64,000 nucleotides of DNA from Candidatus Cloacimonadales bacterium (GCA_963677495.2 CAXXOU010000004.1:992001-1056000); one strand, 5' to 3'; positions 1-9,410 are shown, numbered from the stretch's first letter. The notes: a model not told the origin generated them from the sequence alone. Made by a program: numbers and translations.

Positions 1-30
1 GAATAAATGATATGAAAGGACTAGGTAAAT

Positions 31-621
31 ATGAAGGTAAAATTATTGATATCCATTATGGTTTTGTCTATAAGCATCGCATCTGCACAGGCAGGTTTCA
101 TGATTAAACTGGGGAGTAATAAAACATGGAGTAAATCTGATTTCTCACACCTTGAAACTCAAGATTATTCTGTTAAAAGCTCATCGATTAATAGGCAAAT
201 AGGTATGAATCTACAAATTCCTTTGCGTATTGAAAAGTTTTATGTAAGTGTTGGATTAAGGTATAACTTTCGGGAATTAGGTCGCAAAATTCCCGTTGAT
301 AATGATGATGGATTTTCATTAATGACTGATTATTCTGTAGATATTCCAGTAGACTTTATATACTATTTGAACAAGTATGTTGGAGTTATGGCAGGAGTCT
401 CATATTCCAAGTTTAGAAGTGAGTTTGGCTCTTCAGAAGATCCATATTCCGGTGACTTTTGGAACCTAGAAACAGGGATTAGAGTTCAGTATTGGCGATG
501 CCTTTTTGAGACAAAGTATACTCATGGATTAAACAATCTATATAGTGATGGCTTAGATGCTGAACTTTATTATCGTCAGTTTTTGTTTCAAGCTGGATTT
601 ATCCTTTTTCGAATGGACTAG
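31..621 (+). CDS. Outer-membrane beta-barrel protein (PorT/OMP-like)
   Basis: N-terminal signal peptide (..SIASAQA), alternating aromatic/Gly beta strands, RBS-like AAGGA upstream. Confidence 0.6.
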   Translation: MKVKLLISIMVLSISIASAQAGFMIKLGSNKTWSKSDFSHLETQDYSVKSSSINRQIGMNLQIPLRIEKFYVSVGLRYNFRELGRKIPVDNDDGFSLMTDYSVDIPVDFIYYLNKYVGVMAGVSYSKFRSEFGSSEDPYSGDFWNLETGIRVQYWRCLFETKYTHGLNNLYSDGLDAELYYRQFLFQAGFILFRMD

Positions 622-927
622 TTAATAGCTTTTAACTAAAAGTTTATAGCCTATAACTAATATCGACAATGATAAGATGTATCACATCAAGATTTGAATA
701 CTCCAGTGGCAACGCTTTACATTGGAAAGCATACAATTTAGCATCTAAGCAAAAAATAAATGACAACTTTTTCACGGAATCGCTCATTTTTCACACATAT
801 AATAGTAGAGGCCCTATAAATCGATATATCGAAACATGATGATGTCGAAGAGAAGGTGTTCAGTAGGAATGCTGAATTGTGAAGAATGATTAGAGAAGTA
901 ACTACATGGTAGTGAAAGGAGTTTAAA

Positions 928-1389
928 ATGAAAGTTAACTTCTTATTCCCTATGGCTTCATGGAGCGGTTCACGCGATAAGACAACGTATATGGCTGTCC
1001 ATGATAAAGCCTCCTGTATTGCAAAAGAGTATGCGAAACCACCATACTCAACACAGAACCAAACAATGGGACTAGTTAGTAAGAATCTCGGAATTGTCTA
1101 TGACAGTTTTGATAGCGGATGGGTTGATGATTTGAAAACTTATACCCATCGCTACAACAATGATGTAACTGATAAGTTTGGCTATCCCGCAACTTACTAT
1201 GCACTCTATAGTAAGATGTGGTGGACAGTGCATAAAGATGACCCAACTATCGATTTGAAGACAGTTACCTTTGCAGATATTCAACTGCTTGATATTGGTA
1301 TCAAGACAATCAAAGAAGCAATTGATAATGATTTCCTGCCTAAGGTAAATGAATATGATGATTTAACAAACACCTATAACGGTGCTTAA
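928..1389 (+). CDS. Conserved hypothetical 153-aa protein, paralogue of 49429..49890
   Basis: Strong RBS AAAGGAG; ungapped alignment to 49429..49890 with about 61% identity by manual count. Confidence 0.85.
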   Translation: MKVNFLFPMASWSGSRDKTTYMAVHDKASCIAKEYAKPPYSTQNQTMGLVSKNLGIVYDSFDSGWVDDLKTYTHRYNNDVTDKFGYPATYYALYSKMWWTVHKDDPTIDLKTVTFADIQLLDIGIKTIKEAIDNDFLPKVNEYDDLTNTYNGA

Positions 1390-1397
1390 TTAGAAAC

Positions 1398-1431
1398 AGT
1401 TTCAGGCTACTGATTTCAGTAGCCTGAAACT
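1398..1431. repeat. Perfect 16-bp inverted repeat with 2-nt loop, possible atypical terminator
   Basis: AGTTTCAGGCTACTGA-tt-TCAGTAGCCTGAAACT 8 bp after the stop; no U-tract. Confidence 0.8.
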
Positions 1432-1482
1432 ATACATAGACTCCTGATGGTTTTAGACGTTAAACCCCTATAAATACTTACA

Positions 1483-1686
1483 ACTCTTTAAGAGCGATTG
1501 TTTAATAGCCCCATGCGACAATTTGACGCTTGAGGTTTAAGATCTTGGACGTTTTTTTTGCACTGAAGGGGTGTAGGGAGCTTCAATGTGTTAATCTTTC
1601 GCCCCTATAGGGCTACAATCTTCTTTTATTACATTACCACATGCCAAAGCATGTGGCTATTGAACAGACGCCTCTTCAAGGCTAAA
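1483..1686. repeat. REP/REPIN-like palindromic element, family A
   Basis: Halves TTTAATAGCCCCA..GC..GCTTG and TTACCACATGCCAAAGCATGTGGCTATTGAA..CGCC..TTCAAGGCTAAA recur at 49059..49320. Confidence 0.75.
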
Positions 1687-1698
1687 GCAGGCTAAGAT

Positions 1699-2073
1699 AG
1701 CTATAATCGGGAAGCCAATCGTGCATAGTAACTAGTAATGACCTGTATAATCATAAACACAGCTCTAAGTTCAAATGTGTGATTTCTAAGTTCTGTCAGT
1801 GGAAGCTGCCGACTGTGTCGGCACAGCAACTCAGGAGAGTCGCAGTACATTCGTAGTGCGAGTGTCCCCACTTGCACATAGCTCGATAGAGCTATAACCG
1901 GGAAGCCAATCGTGCATTGTAACTAGTAATGACCTGTATAATCATAAACACAGCTGTATGCTCAAATGTATGATTTCTAGATTTAGGTCAGTGGAAGCTG
2001 CCGACAGTGTCGGCACAGCATCAGTCTTCGTTTAAAACTACGCCCCGACAGGCCTCAGGAGAGTCGCAGTACA
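1699..2073. repeat. Two imperfect direct repeats (~150 bp, 191-bp offset) with internal hairpins, family B
   Basis: 1699..1849 matches 1890..2073, including TGCCGAC(T/A)GTGTCGGCA and CTCAGGAGAGTCGCAGTACA; second copy has an insertion of about 30 bp. Confidence 0.85.
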
Positions 2074-2078
2074 ATATG

Positions 2079-2103
2079 AAAAAGCCCGACATTATCGGGC
2101 TTT
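2079..2103 (-). terminator. Intrinsic terminator downstream of guaA, possibly bidirectional
   Basis: AAAAAGCCCGAC-attatCGGGCTTT hairpin with A/T tracts. Confidence 0.75.
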
Positions 2104-2124
2104 ATTTCGTGATAATCTAAATGT

Positions 2125-3663
2125 TTATTCCCATTCGATTGTTGCTGGTGGCTTAGAGCTTATATCATAAACAACTCTGTTCACACCTTCAACTTCATTG
2201 ATGATTCTATTTGAAACTCTCTTCAAAAACTCGTAAGGGAACTCTGTCCAATCTGCTGTCATACCATCGGAGCTGTTCACTGCTCTTAAAGCACAAACGT
2301 TTTCATAAGTTCTTTCGTCACCCATAACACCAACTGATTGGATTGGTAACAACACAGCAAATGCCTGCCATGTCTTGTTATAGAGGTTCTTAGCATAGAG
2401 CTCAGAGATGAAGATATGATCAATGTTCTGAAGTAATTCCACTTTCTCAGGAGTGATATCACTAATGATACGAACCGCTAACCCGGGACCCGGGAACGGA
2501 TGACGGGCAACTAAATGCTCAGGTAATCCGATAGTTCTACCAACTGCTCGTACTTCATCTTTGAAGAGTTCTCTTAATGGCTCAACAAGCTTAAGATTCA
2601 TCTTCTCAGGTAATCCACCCACATTGTGGTGTGATTTGATTGTAGCTGAAGGACCTTTAAAAGATACAGATTCAATTATATCCGGATATAAAGTTCCTTG
2701 TGCCAAAAACTTAGCATTTGGATGCTTCTTTGCTTCTGCATCAAATATATCTATGAATGTATTACCAATAATCTTTCTTTTCTTTTCTGGGTCAGTTACA
2801 CCTTCCAACTTTGTCAGGAATGTATCACCAGCTCTGACTGTGTTAAGCTCCATACCGAACCCATCTCTAAAGATCTGTTCAACATCTTCAACTTCATGCT
2901 TTCTAAGAAGACCTGTATCAACAAAGATAGGAATAAGCTGGTCTCCAATAGCTTTATATAACAAGGCTGCTGCAACAGAAGAATCAACACCACCACTAAG
3001 ACCAAGGATAACCTGATCAGTACCGACTTGCTCTTTTATCTCTTGTATTGTAGTATCAATGAATGAATCAGGTGTCCAATCAGGAGTAATACCGGCAATA
3101 TCGATCACGAAATTCTTAAGCATATCCAAACCGTTCACTGAGTGAACAACTTCCGGATGGAATTGGAATGCGAAAATAGGTTTTGATTCATGTGCAATAG
3201 CTGCAAATGGTGAGTTGCCTGTATAGGCTATACGATGGAAACCTTTAGGAAGCTGCTCTAAAGCGTCACCATGACTCATCCAAATCTCCTCTTCATCAGA
3301 CAGACCTTTGAAGATTGAGTTGTGGTCTTCGATCTTAATCTTAGCATATCCATACTCTTTCTTATCAGATTTAGTAACTTTAGCACCATTAAGATGTGCT
3401 AAAAGCTGCATACCATAGCAAACTCCAAGAATAGGTAAATCCATTTGAAGAATTCTCTTATCAGGAATCGGAGCATTCTCAGCTGTTACACTGAAAGGTG
3501 AACCGGATAAAACAATAGCTTTAGGAGCTTTTGCCAACACTTCATCATAACTAACATTAAAAGGAACAATCTCACAATAAACACTGAGCTTTCTGATAGA
3601 CTTAGCTATCAACTGAGTGTACTGTGAACCGAAATCCAGAATTAGAACCATCTGTTTAGTCAT
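2125..3663 (-). CDS. guaA: GMP synthase (glutamine-hydrolysing)
   Basis: DFGSQY, GVCYG, QFHPE, SGGVDS, KSHHN and terminal KPPATIEWE motifs. Confidence 0.98.
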   Translation of the reverse strand: MTKQMVLILDFGSQYTQLIAKSIRKLSVYCEIVPFNVSYDEVLAKAPKAIVLSGSPFSVTAENAPIPDKRILQMDLPILGVCYGMQLLAHLNGAKVTKSDKKEYGYAKIKIEDHNSIFKGLSDEEEIWMSHGDALEQLPKGFHRIAYTGNSPFAAIAHESKPIFAFQFHPEVVHSVNGLDMLKNFVIDIAGITPDWTPDSFIDTTIQEIKEQVGTDQVILGLSGGVDSSVAAALLYKAIGDQLIPIFVDTGLLRKHEVEDVEQIFRDGFGMELNTVRAGDTFLTKLEGVTDPEKKRKIIGNTFIDIFDAEAKKHPNAKFLAQGTLYPDIIESVSFKGPSATIKSHHNVGGLPEKMNLKLVEPLRELFKDEVRAVGRTIGLPEHLVARHPFPGPGLAVRIISDITPEKVELLQNIDHIFISELYAKNLYNKTWQAFAVLLPIQSVGVMGDERTYENVCALRAVNSSDGMTADWTEFPYEFLKRVSNRIINEVEGVNRVVYDISSKPPATIEWE

Positions 3664-3675
3664 TTTAGCCTCTAT

Positions 3676-4317
3676 TTATATATTTTTTCCAAAACCTAAG
3701 AACGGATTAGCAACTTCTTCATCTCCGATAGTCGATTGCCCACCATGTCCCGGTAGAACAATAGTATCTTCAGCAAGTTTGAAGAGCTTATTTTTTATTG
3801 ATTCACCGAGAGCTTCCATAGAACCACCCGGAAGGTCAGTACGACCTATACCCATCTGGAAGAGTGTGTCTCCACTGAAAAGGATATTCTTATGTAATAG
3901 ACAAATACCACCTTTAGTGTGACCGGGAGTATGAATAACTTTTAATGATTCTGCACCTAAATTAATCTCATCTCCATCAGCTAACTTCTTGGATGGATTT
4001 GGTGCAATAACATATTGTCCCATAAGAGAGCTAAGATTTAGCTCGGGATCAGAAAGCATAGAAGCATCAAGCGCATGAATCATAATCTCTGCACCCAACT
4101 CCTCTTGAAAATATCCAACTCCGCCAATGTGGTCAGCATGACCGTGGGTTAAAACTATATACTTAAGCTTAAGCTCTTTTTTCTGAATCTCAATAAGAAG
4201 ATTTCTATTAGGTGCTGCCGGGTCTATTAACATTGCGTCTTTCGAATCTTTATCCCAAACGAGGTAAGTATTAGTACCGTAAGAGTCTAACAATATGTGT
4301 CTTGTATATTTAAGCAT
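3676..4317 (-). CDS. MBL-fold metallo-hydrolase (glyoxalase II/YcbL-like)
   Basis: THGHADH, HTPGHT, SGDTLF, GRTDL, PGHG motifs. Confidence 0.92.
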   Translation of the reverse strand: MLKYTRHILLDSYGTNTYLVWDKDSKDAMLIDPAAPNRNLLIEIQKKELKLKYIVLTHGHADHIGGVGYFQEELGAEIMIHALDASMLSDPELNLSSLMGQYVIAPNPSKKLADGDEINLGAESLKVIHTPGHTKGGICLLHKNILFSGDTLFQMGIGRTDLPGGSMEALGESIKNKLFKLAEDTIVLPGHGGQSTIGDEEVANPFLGFGKNI

Positions 4318-4319
4318 TT

Positions 4320-5312
4320 CTATCCTTTAATCCTGTATTTATCTAATTCATTCTCACTAAATGCATCGACTTCTATCTCTTTGTCAAGTGCCTTATCAAA
4401 GCCATAGTTTATGACAGCACTTTTACCTGCTTTCTTAACATAGAACAGCAAAATCTTAGCTGCAACTTCAATCTCTTCTTGAGTTACGGCGTCATTGTCA
4501 GTTACAGTAACAGCTATTGGTCCCGGTACAACAGCTACTTTCAATAAAAGCTCTTTAGTTACAGCTTTTGAAAGTCTTTCATTCTCATCTTTAGTTCTTC
4601 CGATGATAAGTTTTGTCTTATCACTAAGCCGGAAGTTTCTTCCGAGAGCAATGAACTTAATCTGATAGAGATTCATCTGCTCATAGTTAAATAAATCCTT
4701 GAGAGAACGTGAGAATTGCTGATCAGTAAGTAAACAACCACCTGCCGGTGTCTGATAATCTTCTAATCCATATTGCACAGCTAGTTCCATCTGACGTTTA
4801 CGAGAACGTCCTTGAATGTCCATCATCTCCTCTTTAACAACCCAACCTTCACGAATAGGAAGCGTATCATTCAATAGTCTTTGTGAAAGAGGTCTTACTA
4901 TAAGGTCTTTTATTCCACTTGTCTTCGCAACTGCATTCAGTGAGTTACGATTCTGTGACATTGGTCTTTGACCTAAAACTTCACCAGAAATCACAAAGTC
5001 AGCTCCATATTTTTCCAATGCTGCACCGGCACATTTAAACATCAACGCGTGACAATCAATACACGGGTTCATGGTTTTGCCATAACCATATTTAGGATTC
5101 TTAACCATCTCCAGATGTATATCTGAAATATCCATGACTTCAATCTCAATACCTGCTTGTCGGGCAGATTCTTCTGCTTTAGAAAGAGAGAAGAAGGGAG
5201 TGTCGAAGAATACAGGGATAACGTCATAACCTAATTTACGCATGAAGAGGACTACCAGAACACTATCTAGTCCACCGGAAAAAAGAGATATAGCTTTATG
5301 TTTTCTTTTCAT
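4320..5312 (-). CDS. PP-loop tRNA sulfurtransferase, ThiI/MnmA-like, probably Fe-S dependent
   Basis: SGGLDS PP-loop, PCIDC, GEVLGQRPMSQ, PAGGCLLTD. Confidence 0.8.
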   Translation of the reverse strand: MKRKHKAISLFSGGLDSVLVVLFMRKLGYDVIPVFFDTPFFSLSKAEESARQAGIEIEVMDISDIHLEMVKNPKYGYGKTMNPCIDCHALMFKCAGAALEKYGADFVISGEVLGQRPMSQNRNSLNAVAKTSGIKDLIVRPLSQRLLNDTLPIREGWVVKEEMMDIQGRSRKRQMELAVQYGLEDYQTPAGGCLLTDQQFSRSLKDLFNYEQMNLYQIKFIALGRNFRLSDKTKLIIGRTKDENERLSKAVTKELLLKVAVVPGPIAVTVTDNDAVTQEEIEVAAKILLFYVKKAGKSAVINYGFDKALDKEIEVDAFSENELDKYRIKG

Positions 5313-5459
5313 TGTAGTTCCTTAATGTTAATTATCTGATTGAAAATATCTTAACACTGTTACTCAATTTTGCAAATTAGATAATCTGTCAAGTATGAAG
5401 GCAGAAATAACTTGCACTATTTCTTCAACTAATCAATATTAATGCTTGGAGGTAATAAA

Positions 5460-6434
5460 ATGGATTTCAAATATTATAAGCCCAGGATAGTCGTAAGTAA
5501 ATGTTTAGGATTCTGTAACTGCCGTTTTGATGGAGCAATACTACACTCGAGTACAATTGAAAAACTTAGAGATTATGCAGAGATCGTAACATATTGCCCT
5601 GAAACAGAAATTGGGCTACCAACTCCAAGAGAAGCTCTAAGAATGATTCGCCCTAAAGGAGCAGAGGAGTTGTCTTTAGTAACATCATATAGTGGAGACG
5701 ATTACACGGATAAGATGAGAGATTATGCTGAGAAGATAGTCACAGGTCTTAGTGAGATTGATGGATTTGTACTAAAAAATAGGTCACCGTCTTGTGGAAT
5801 CAAAGATGTTAAAGTATATCCTTCATCAGGCAAGGTGATGATAAAAGAGGAGAAAGCTGTTGGATTCTTTGCACTTGAAGCTCAAAAGCAGTTTGCTAAC
5901 TCTATCTTTGAGGATGATGGAAGACTTACTAATTTCAATATTAGAGAACACTTTTTAACAGCTATTTTCACTAAAGCACATTGGAGAGATGTTGTTAAGT
6001 CTGGTGAGTATAAAAGAGTTGTTGAGTTTCAGTCAAACTATAAGTATCTTTTCATGAGCCTCAGTCCAGATCATCTAAAAAAGCTGGGTAAAATAGTGTC
6101 TTCTCATAATAAAGGCAGCTTTACTACTGCATGTGAAGAGTATGAATCAGTTCTAAGTGATCTACTGAAAGTTACACCCACACCGGGTAAGATAATCAAT
6201 GTAATACAACATATCTTTGGTTACTTTTCAAAGCACCTTTCTGAGCCTGAACGAGAACTATTCTTAGATTTGGTTGGGCAATATAAAGCAGGAAGAATCC
6301 CTTTATCTGTTATCAGATATTTACTCTATTCATATGCAAAGAGATTCAATGAGGAGTATATTTTAACTCAACGTTTCTTTGCTCCATATCCAGAAACAAT
6401 GATTTCTATAACTGACTCAGGAAAGGGGAGATAG
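5460..6434 (+). CDS. DUF523 (TudS)-DUF1722 fusion, YbgA/RudS-like thiouridine desulfidase
   Basis: SKCLG..CRFDG, CPE, LKNRSPSCG motifs plus C-terminal HIFGYF..YI..Q.FF.PYP; ATG 5460 follows GGAGG. Confidence 0.85.
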   Translation: MDFKYYKPRIVVSKCLGFCNCRFDGAILHSSTIEKLRDYAEIVTYCPETEIGLPTPREALRMIRPKGAEELSLVTSYSGDDYTDKMRDYAEKIVTGLSEIDGFVLKNRSPSCGIKDVKVYPSSGKVMIKEEKAVGFFALEAQKQFANSIFEDDGRLTNFNIREHFLTAIFTKAHWRDVVKSGEYKRVVEFQSNYKYLFMSLSPDHLKKLGKIVSSHNKGSFTTACEEYESVLSDLLKVTPTPGKIINVIQHIFGYFSKHLSEPERELFLDLVGQYKAGRIPLSVIRYLLYSYAKRFNEEYILTQRFFAPYPETMISITDSGKGR

Positions 6435-6436
6435 GG

Positions 6437-7207
6437 TTAGATCAGCTTCTCCTTTTTCAGAATATTATGTAATCTTCTGAATGAGATATAGTGTTGTGAT
6501 AGAACTTTCTCATTATATGTAAGTGTGAAAGTTCCGTATGGGGAAGGGGCTTTTCGTGCCTCTTCCGGAGTTGTGAGTTCGTGAACTTCAATATCTATGT
6601 TCCAAGCTTTTATCTCATCCCTTAACTCATCAACCATCCTAGCTACCCAGGGACATTGTTTACTATAAAACAGATGAAGTCCCTTATAATCTTTCAAGCA
6701 AGCAGAGTTATCTAGTATCTTCGGTGCCTCAGCTTCAGTGAATTTCTTTGCAAGCAGAGTATACTTAGGTTTAGCTGTTTCAATCACTTCATACCCATTC
6801 TTTAGGAATAGATCTTTCTTAGCCATAAACGTATCATCAGATGTCAGTACAGCTATACCTTTTAAGCCTAACTCTTTAGTATCTTTTTCACACTCCTCAA
6901 TAAGCATCTTACCGAGTCCGACTCCCTGATTCTTTTTTGCACCAATGAAAATACAATGTATAAACATGTAGTCATCTGCTTCCACTGCTCTCCAGTTATA
7001 TTTTCCGGGGACATATTCTATGAAACCAGCTGCTTTCTTAACTCCATCCTGATAAGCAAGTTTGATTGTGTAACCTTCTTTAAATCTTTGATTTAGCCAT
7101 TCAATCTTCAAGTGATATGTAGGGTGCTTTTGGTTTATGTAGCAGATAACATCTTTATGCTCAAGCATATTCTCTTCAGTTATTTTTATAAAGTGGAAAT
7201 TACTCAT
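6437..7207 (-). CDS. GNAT acetyltransferase with YoaP-like C-terminal domain
   Basis: GFIEYVPG, QGVGLG acetyl-CoA motif, QCPW; ATG 7207 follows GGAGG. Confidence 0.85.
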   Translation of the reverse strand: MSNFHFIKITEENMLEHKDVICYINQKHPTYHLKIEWLNQRFKEGYTIKLAYQDGVKKAAGFIEYVPGKYNWRAVEADDYMFIHCIFIGAKKNQGVGLGKMLIEECEKDTKELGLKGIAVLTSDDTFMAKKDLFLKNGYEVIETAKPKYTLLAKKFTEAEAPKILDNSACLKDYKGLHLFYSKQCPWVARMVDELRDEIKAWNIDIEVHELTTPEEARKAPSPYGTFTLTYNEKVLSQHYISFRRLHNILKKEKLI

Positions 7208-7216
7208 AAATCCTCC

Positions 7217-7247
7217 AAAAAAGAAGGTGCCCTGTTTCAAGAGCACC
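7217..7247 (-). terminator. Probable intrinsic terminator after the DUF3332 gene
   Basis: GGTGCTCT..AGGGCACC hairpin followed by U-rich tract on the minus strand. Confidence 0.55.
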
Positions 7248-7267
7248 AATCTTGTAAATGCAAAAAC

Positions 7268-7753
7268 TTACATGTTAATAACTTTGATTGAACCATCAGG
7301 TTTAACAAGGTTGAGAGTGTTATCACTATAAGTTCCAATCACTTTAGTTTCGTTGTTGCTCTTAAGTTCAAGGTTAGATGTTTCTTGGTTGTATACAAGT
7401 TCAAAAGATGCATCTGTACCCATTTGAACAGCTTTAAGGCTATTCTCTGTTACTTCAATCTTGTACTCAAGTCCGTCAATCTCAATGGTTTGACCATCAA
7501 GATCATTGTAAGCAAGTGGGTTAGAACCTGTCCAGAACTCAATTAAGTTTAAGAAGCATACGTCTATAAAACCTGCTACTTCATACACAGGTAATATTGT
7601 CATACCCCAGAACAGAATCTGTTCAACGAACTTGTTATCTGAAACGTTATCATTCCATTGATATACTTTTTTAGTTAAGGCAAAGTTACCGAAACAACCT
7701 GTTAGAAGTGAAACTACAATAAGTAATGAGACTAGTTTAATAATTCTTTTCAT
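7268..7753 (-). CDS. DUF3332-family lipoprotein
   Basis: LLTGC lipobox followed by FGNFALT..W and NLIEFWTGSNP; ATG 7753 follows GGAGG. Confidence 0.85.
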   Translation of the reverse strand: MKRIIKLVSLLIVVSLLTGCFGNFALTKKVYQWNDNVSDNKFVEQILFWGMTILPVYEVAGFIDVCFLNLIEFWTGSNPLAYNDLDGQTIEIDGLEYKIEVTENSLKAVQMGTDASFELVYNQETSNLELKSNNETKVIGTYSDNTLNLVKPDGSIKVINM

Positions 7754-7817
7754 CTGTTTTCCTCCAGTTATTTGTTCATATTTATGCTTTGTTAACGAAT
7801 AAGTCAATCAAATAGTG

Positions 7818-8516
7818 CTATCTCTTCATATAGAATCTTTTCGTTTCCGGTGCAACTTTCTCTAATGAATATCGTAACATAGTTCGTGGCATCTCTTTAT
7901 AGAATTTATCAAGAAATGGAGTTAACGATGCTTCATTACGCTTCCCTATCTCTTTGAGCATCCATCCGACACCTTTTTGGACAATGTCTTCAGGGGTGTG
8001 CAGAAGTATCTCAGCGATCTTGAAGGTTGTCTCGAACTCTGCGTGCTTTATGAAATAATGTGTTGCAACTATTGCAACTCTTTGATGCCATATATTCTCA
8101 TGATTTGCCAGTTTTATCAATAAATCATGATCTTTATCATATAGCCAAGCACCGAGTAGATGTGATGCACTCATATCCACGAGGTCCCAGTTATTTACAT
8201 AGTCAAGATTCTTCAGATACAAGTCGATTATTTGTTCTTTTTCAGTTGAACGTTTGGGTTTAAATCTCATAACAAGCATTTGTAATGCAACAGAGCGATA
8301 CTCATGAATTGGTTCTTGTAGCATTTGTTCAATCTCTTCTAAAGGTAGTTTGTAATATTTCTTAATAACAGGTTTCTGATTTGGTAAAGTAACACCAATA
8401 AAAGCATCTCCTTCACCATAACCACCTTTATAAGTCTTATAGAATTTACCCAATGCTTCCACACGTCGCTTGTTTGCTTTGAGGAGCAGGGCCTTCTTAA
8501 CATCAGATATGCTCAT
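7818..8516 (-). CDS. DNA alkylation repair protein (AlkD-like glycosylase)
   Basis: NNWDLVD, KGVGWMLKEIGKR, MPRTMLRYSLEK. Confidence 0.9.
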   Translation of the reverse strand: MSISDVKKALLLKANKRRVEALGKFYKTYKGGYGEGDAFIGVTLPNQKPVIKKYYKLPLEEIEQMLQEPIHEYRSVALQMLVMRFKPKRSTEKEQIIDLYLKNLDYVNNWDLVDMSASHLLGAWLYDKDHDLLIKLANHENIWHQRVAIVATHYFIKHAEFETTFKIAEILLHTPEDIVQKGVGWMLKEIGKRNEASLTPFLDKFYKEMPRTMLRYSLEKVAPETKRFYMKR

Positions 8517-8609
8517 TGTGCTCTCCTGATTTTTGATATTATGAAACTGCTAGGTTGCTTTGGATAAGTCAACTAATAATTACCTGTTTCTTGTATGTTC
8601 ATTCAAGAT

Positions 8610-8872
8610 TGTCATCCCGATCGAGTGAGGATACGAACCGACTACTGTAAGGAGGAGCTCGCTTACCTTCCGAAAGTTGCTCAAAAATACAAACCACGAA
8701 AAGCACTAAAAGGGGATTAGTTTCATTATTTTTCGTGGATAGATGTAAAACAAAAGTTTGAGTACAATAAAGATAAGTCAATACTAGAAATGTTATTTCA
8801 CTAAAGCTAACCGAGCTATCCATCGACTTCATTCATTCCGTTTCTCTCATTTCAGCTTCGCTCAGGGTGACA
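8610..8872. repeat. MITE/REP-like element with TGTCAYCC..G terminal inverted repeats, family E
   Basis: Starts TGTCATCCCGATCG and ends CTTCGCTCAGGGTGACA (imperfect inverted pair); single copy in window. Confidence 0.55.
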
Positions 8873-8954
8873 TATCAGGAGCAGTCACCAGTGCGAGTTT
8901 ACGAGCTTGGGGAAATGCTGAAATTACAATAATCTATCTCTAAACAAACATGTT

Positions 8955-9410
8955 GCATTTCAGGGAGTTTGTCGGTCTGTTAAGGCAACGGACTTTCTAA
9001 AATGCTCTTTGGAGTCGGCATCTTATGGTTTTCGTCCTCGCCCCACGCTTCGCTGCGGTGCAAGTCCAAAAAAGGGCATATTTAGTGCAATTTGCAATAA
9101 CTTACAACTATGGAGTGCACCATCTGCGTTGGTGCGTCTTGTCACGAATTTGATTATTGCTACTTTTCGCTATTCGCCCATCTCCCTTCGGTCGCTATTG
9201 CGACAGCTAATGAAATGCATACGCAGTGAGTTTCCCAACAACTTAGCTACATTTCATGCCCCTTTTGCTCTCTTTTACTGCCCTTTTTATCATCGCACTG
9301 TGTACGCACTGTGACCCCACTGTGAAGGCACTGCCAACCCACTGTTTCACTGGGTGCACAGTGCGTGCACAGTGGGGAAACAGTGGGTTGACTGTGTTTT
9401 GGTAGATGGA
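8955..9410 (+). repeat. Modular dispersed element, family C, copy 1, with 11-bp phased CACTG/CAGTG array
   Basis: Near-identical blocks at 39625..39966 (+) and 57240..57626 (-). Confidence 0.92.

Noticed and set aside
928..1389. Diversity-generating retroelement behind the paralogue variation
   Set aside because: No reverse transcriptase in the window and differences are not confined to adenines or to a C-terminal region.
1699..2073. Possible CRISPR array or riboswitch tandem
   Set aside because: Only two long units with no spacer pattern, located 3' of convergent genes; no riboswitch consensus recognised.
2561..3016. Antisense and alternate-frame ORFs over guaA, gyrB, gyrA, hydrogenase, rnr and others (e.g. 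44416..44985)
   Set aside because: Shadows of well-supported genes with no motifs or RBS.
9009..9314. ORFs within family-C elements (also 39823..40055, 57187..57408)
   Set aside because: Lie inside non-coding repeats, lack RBS, and frames are not preserved across copies.
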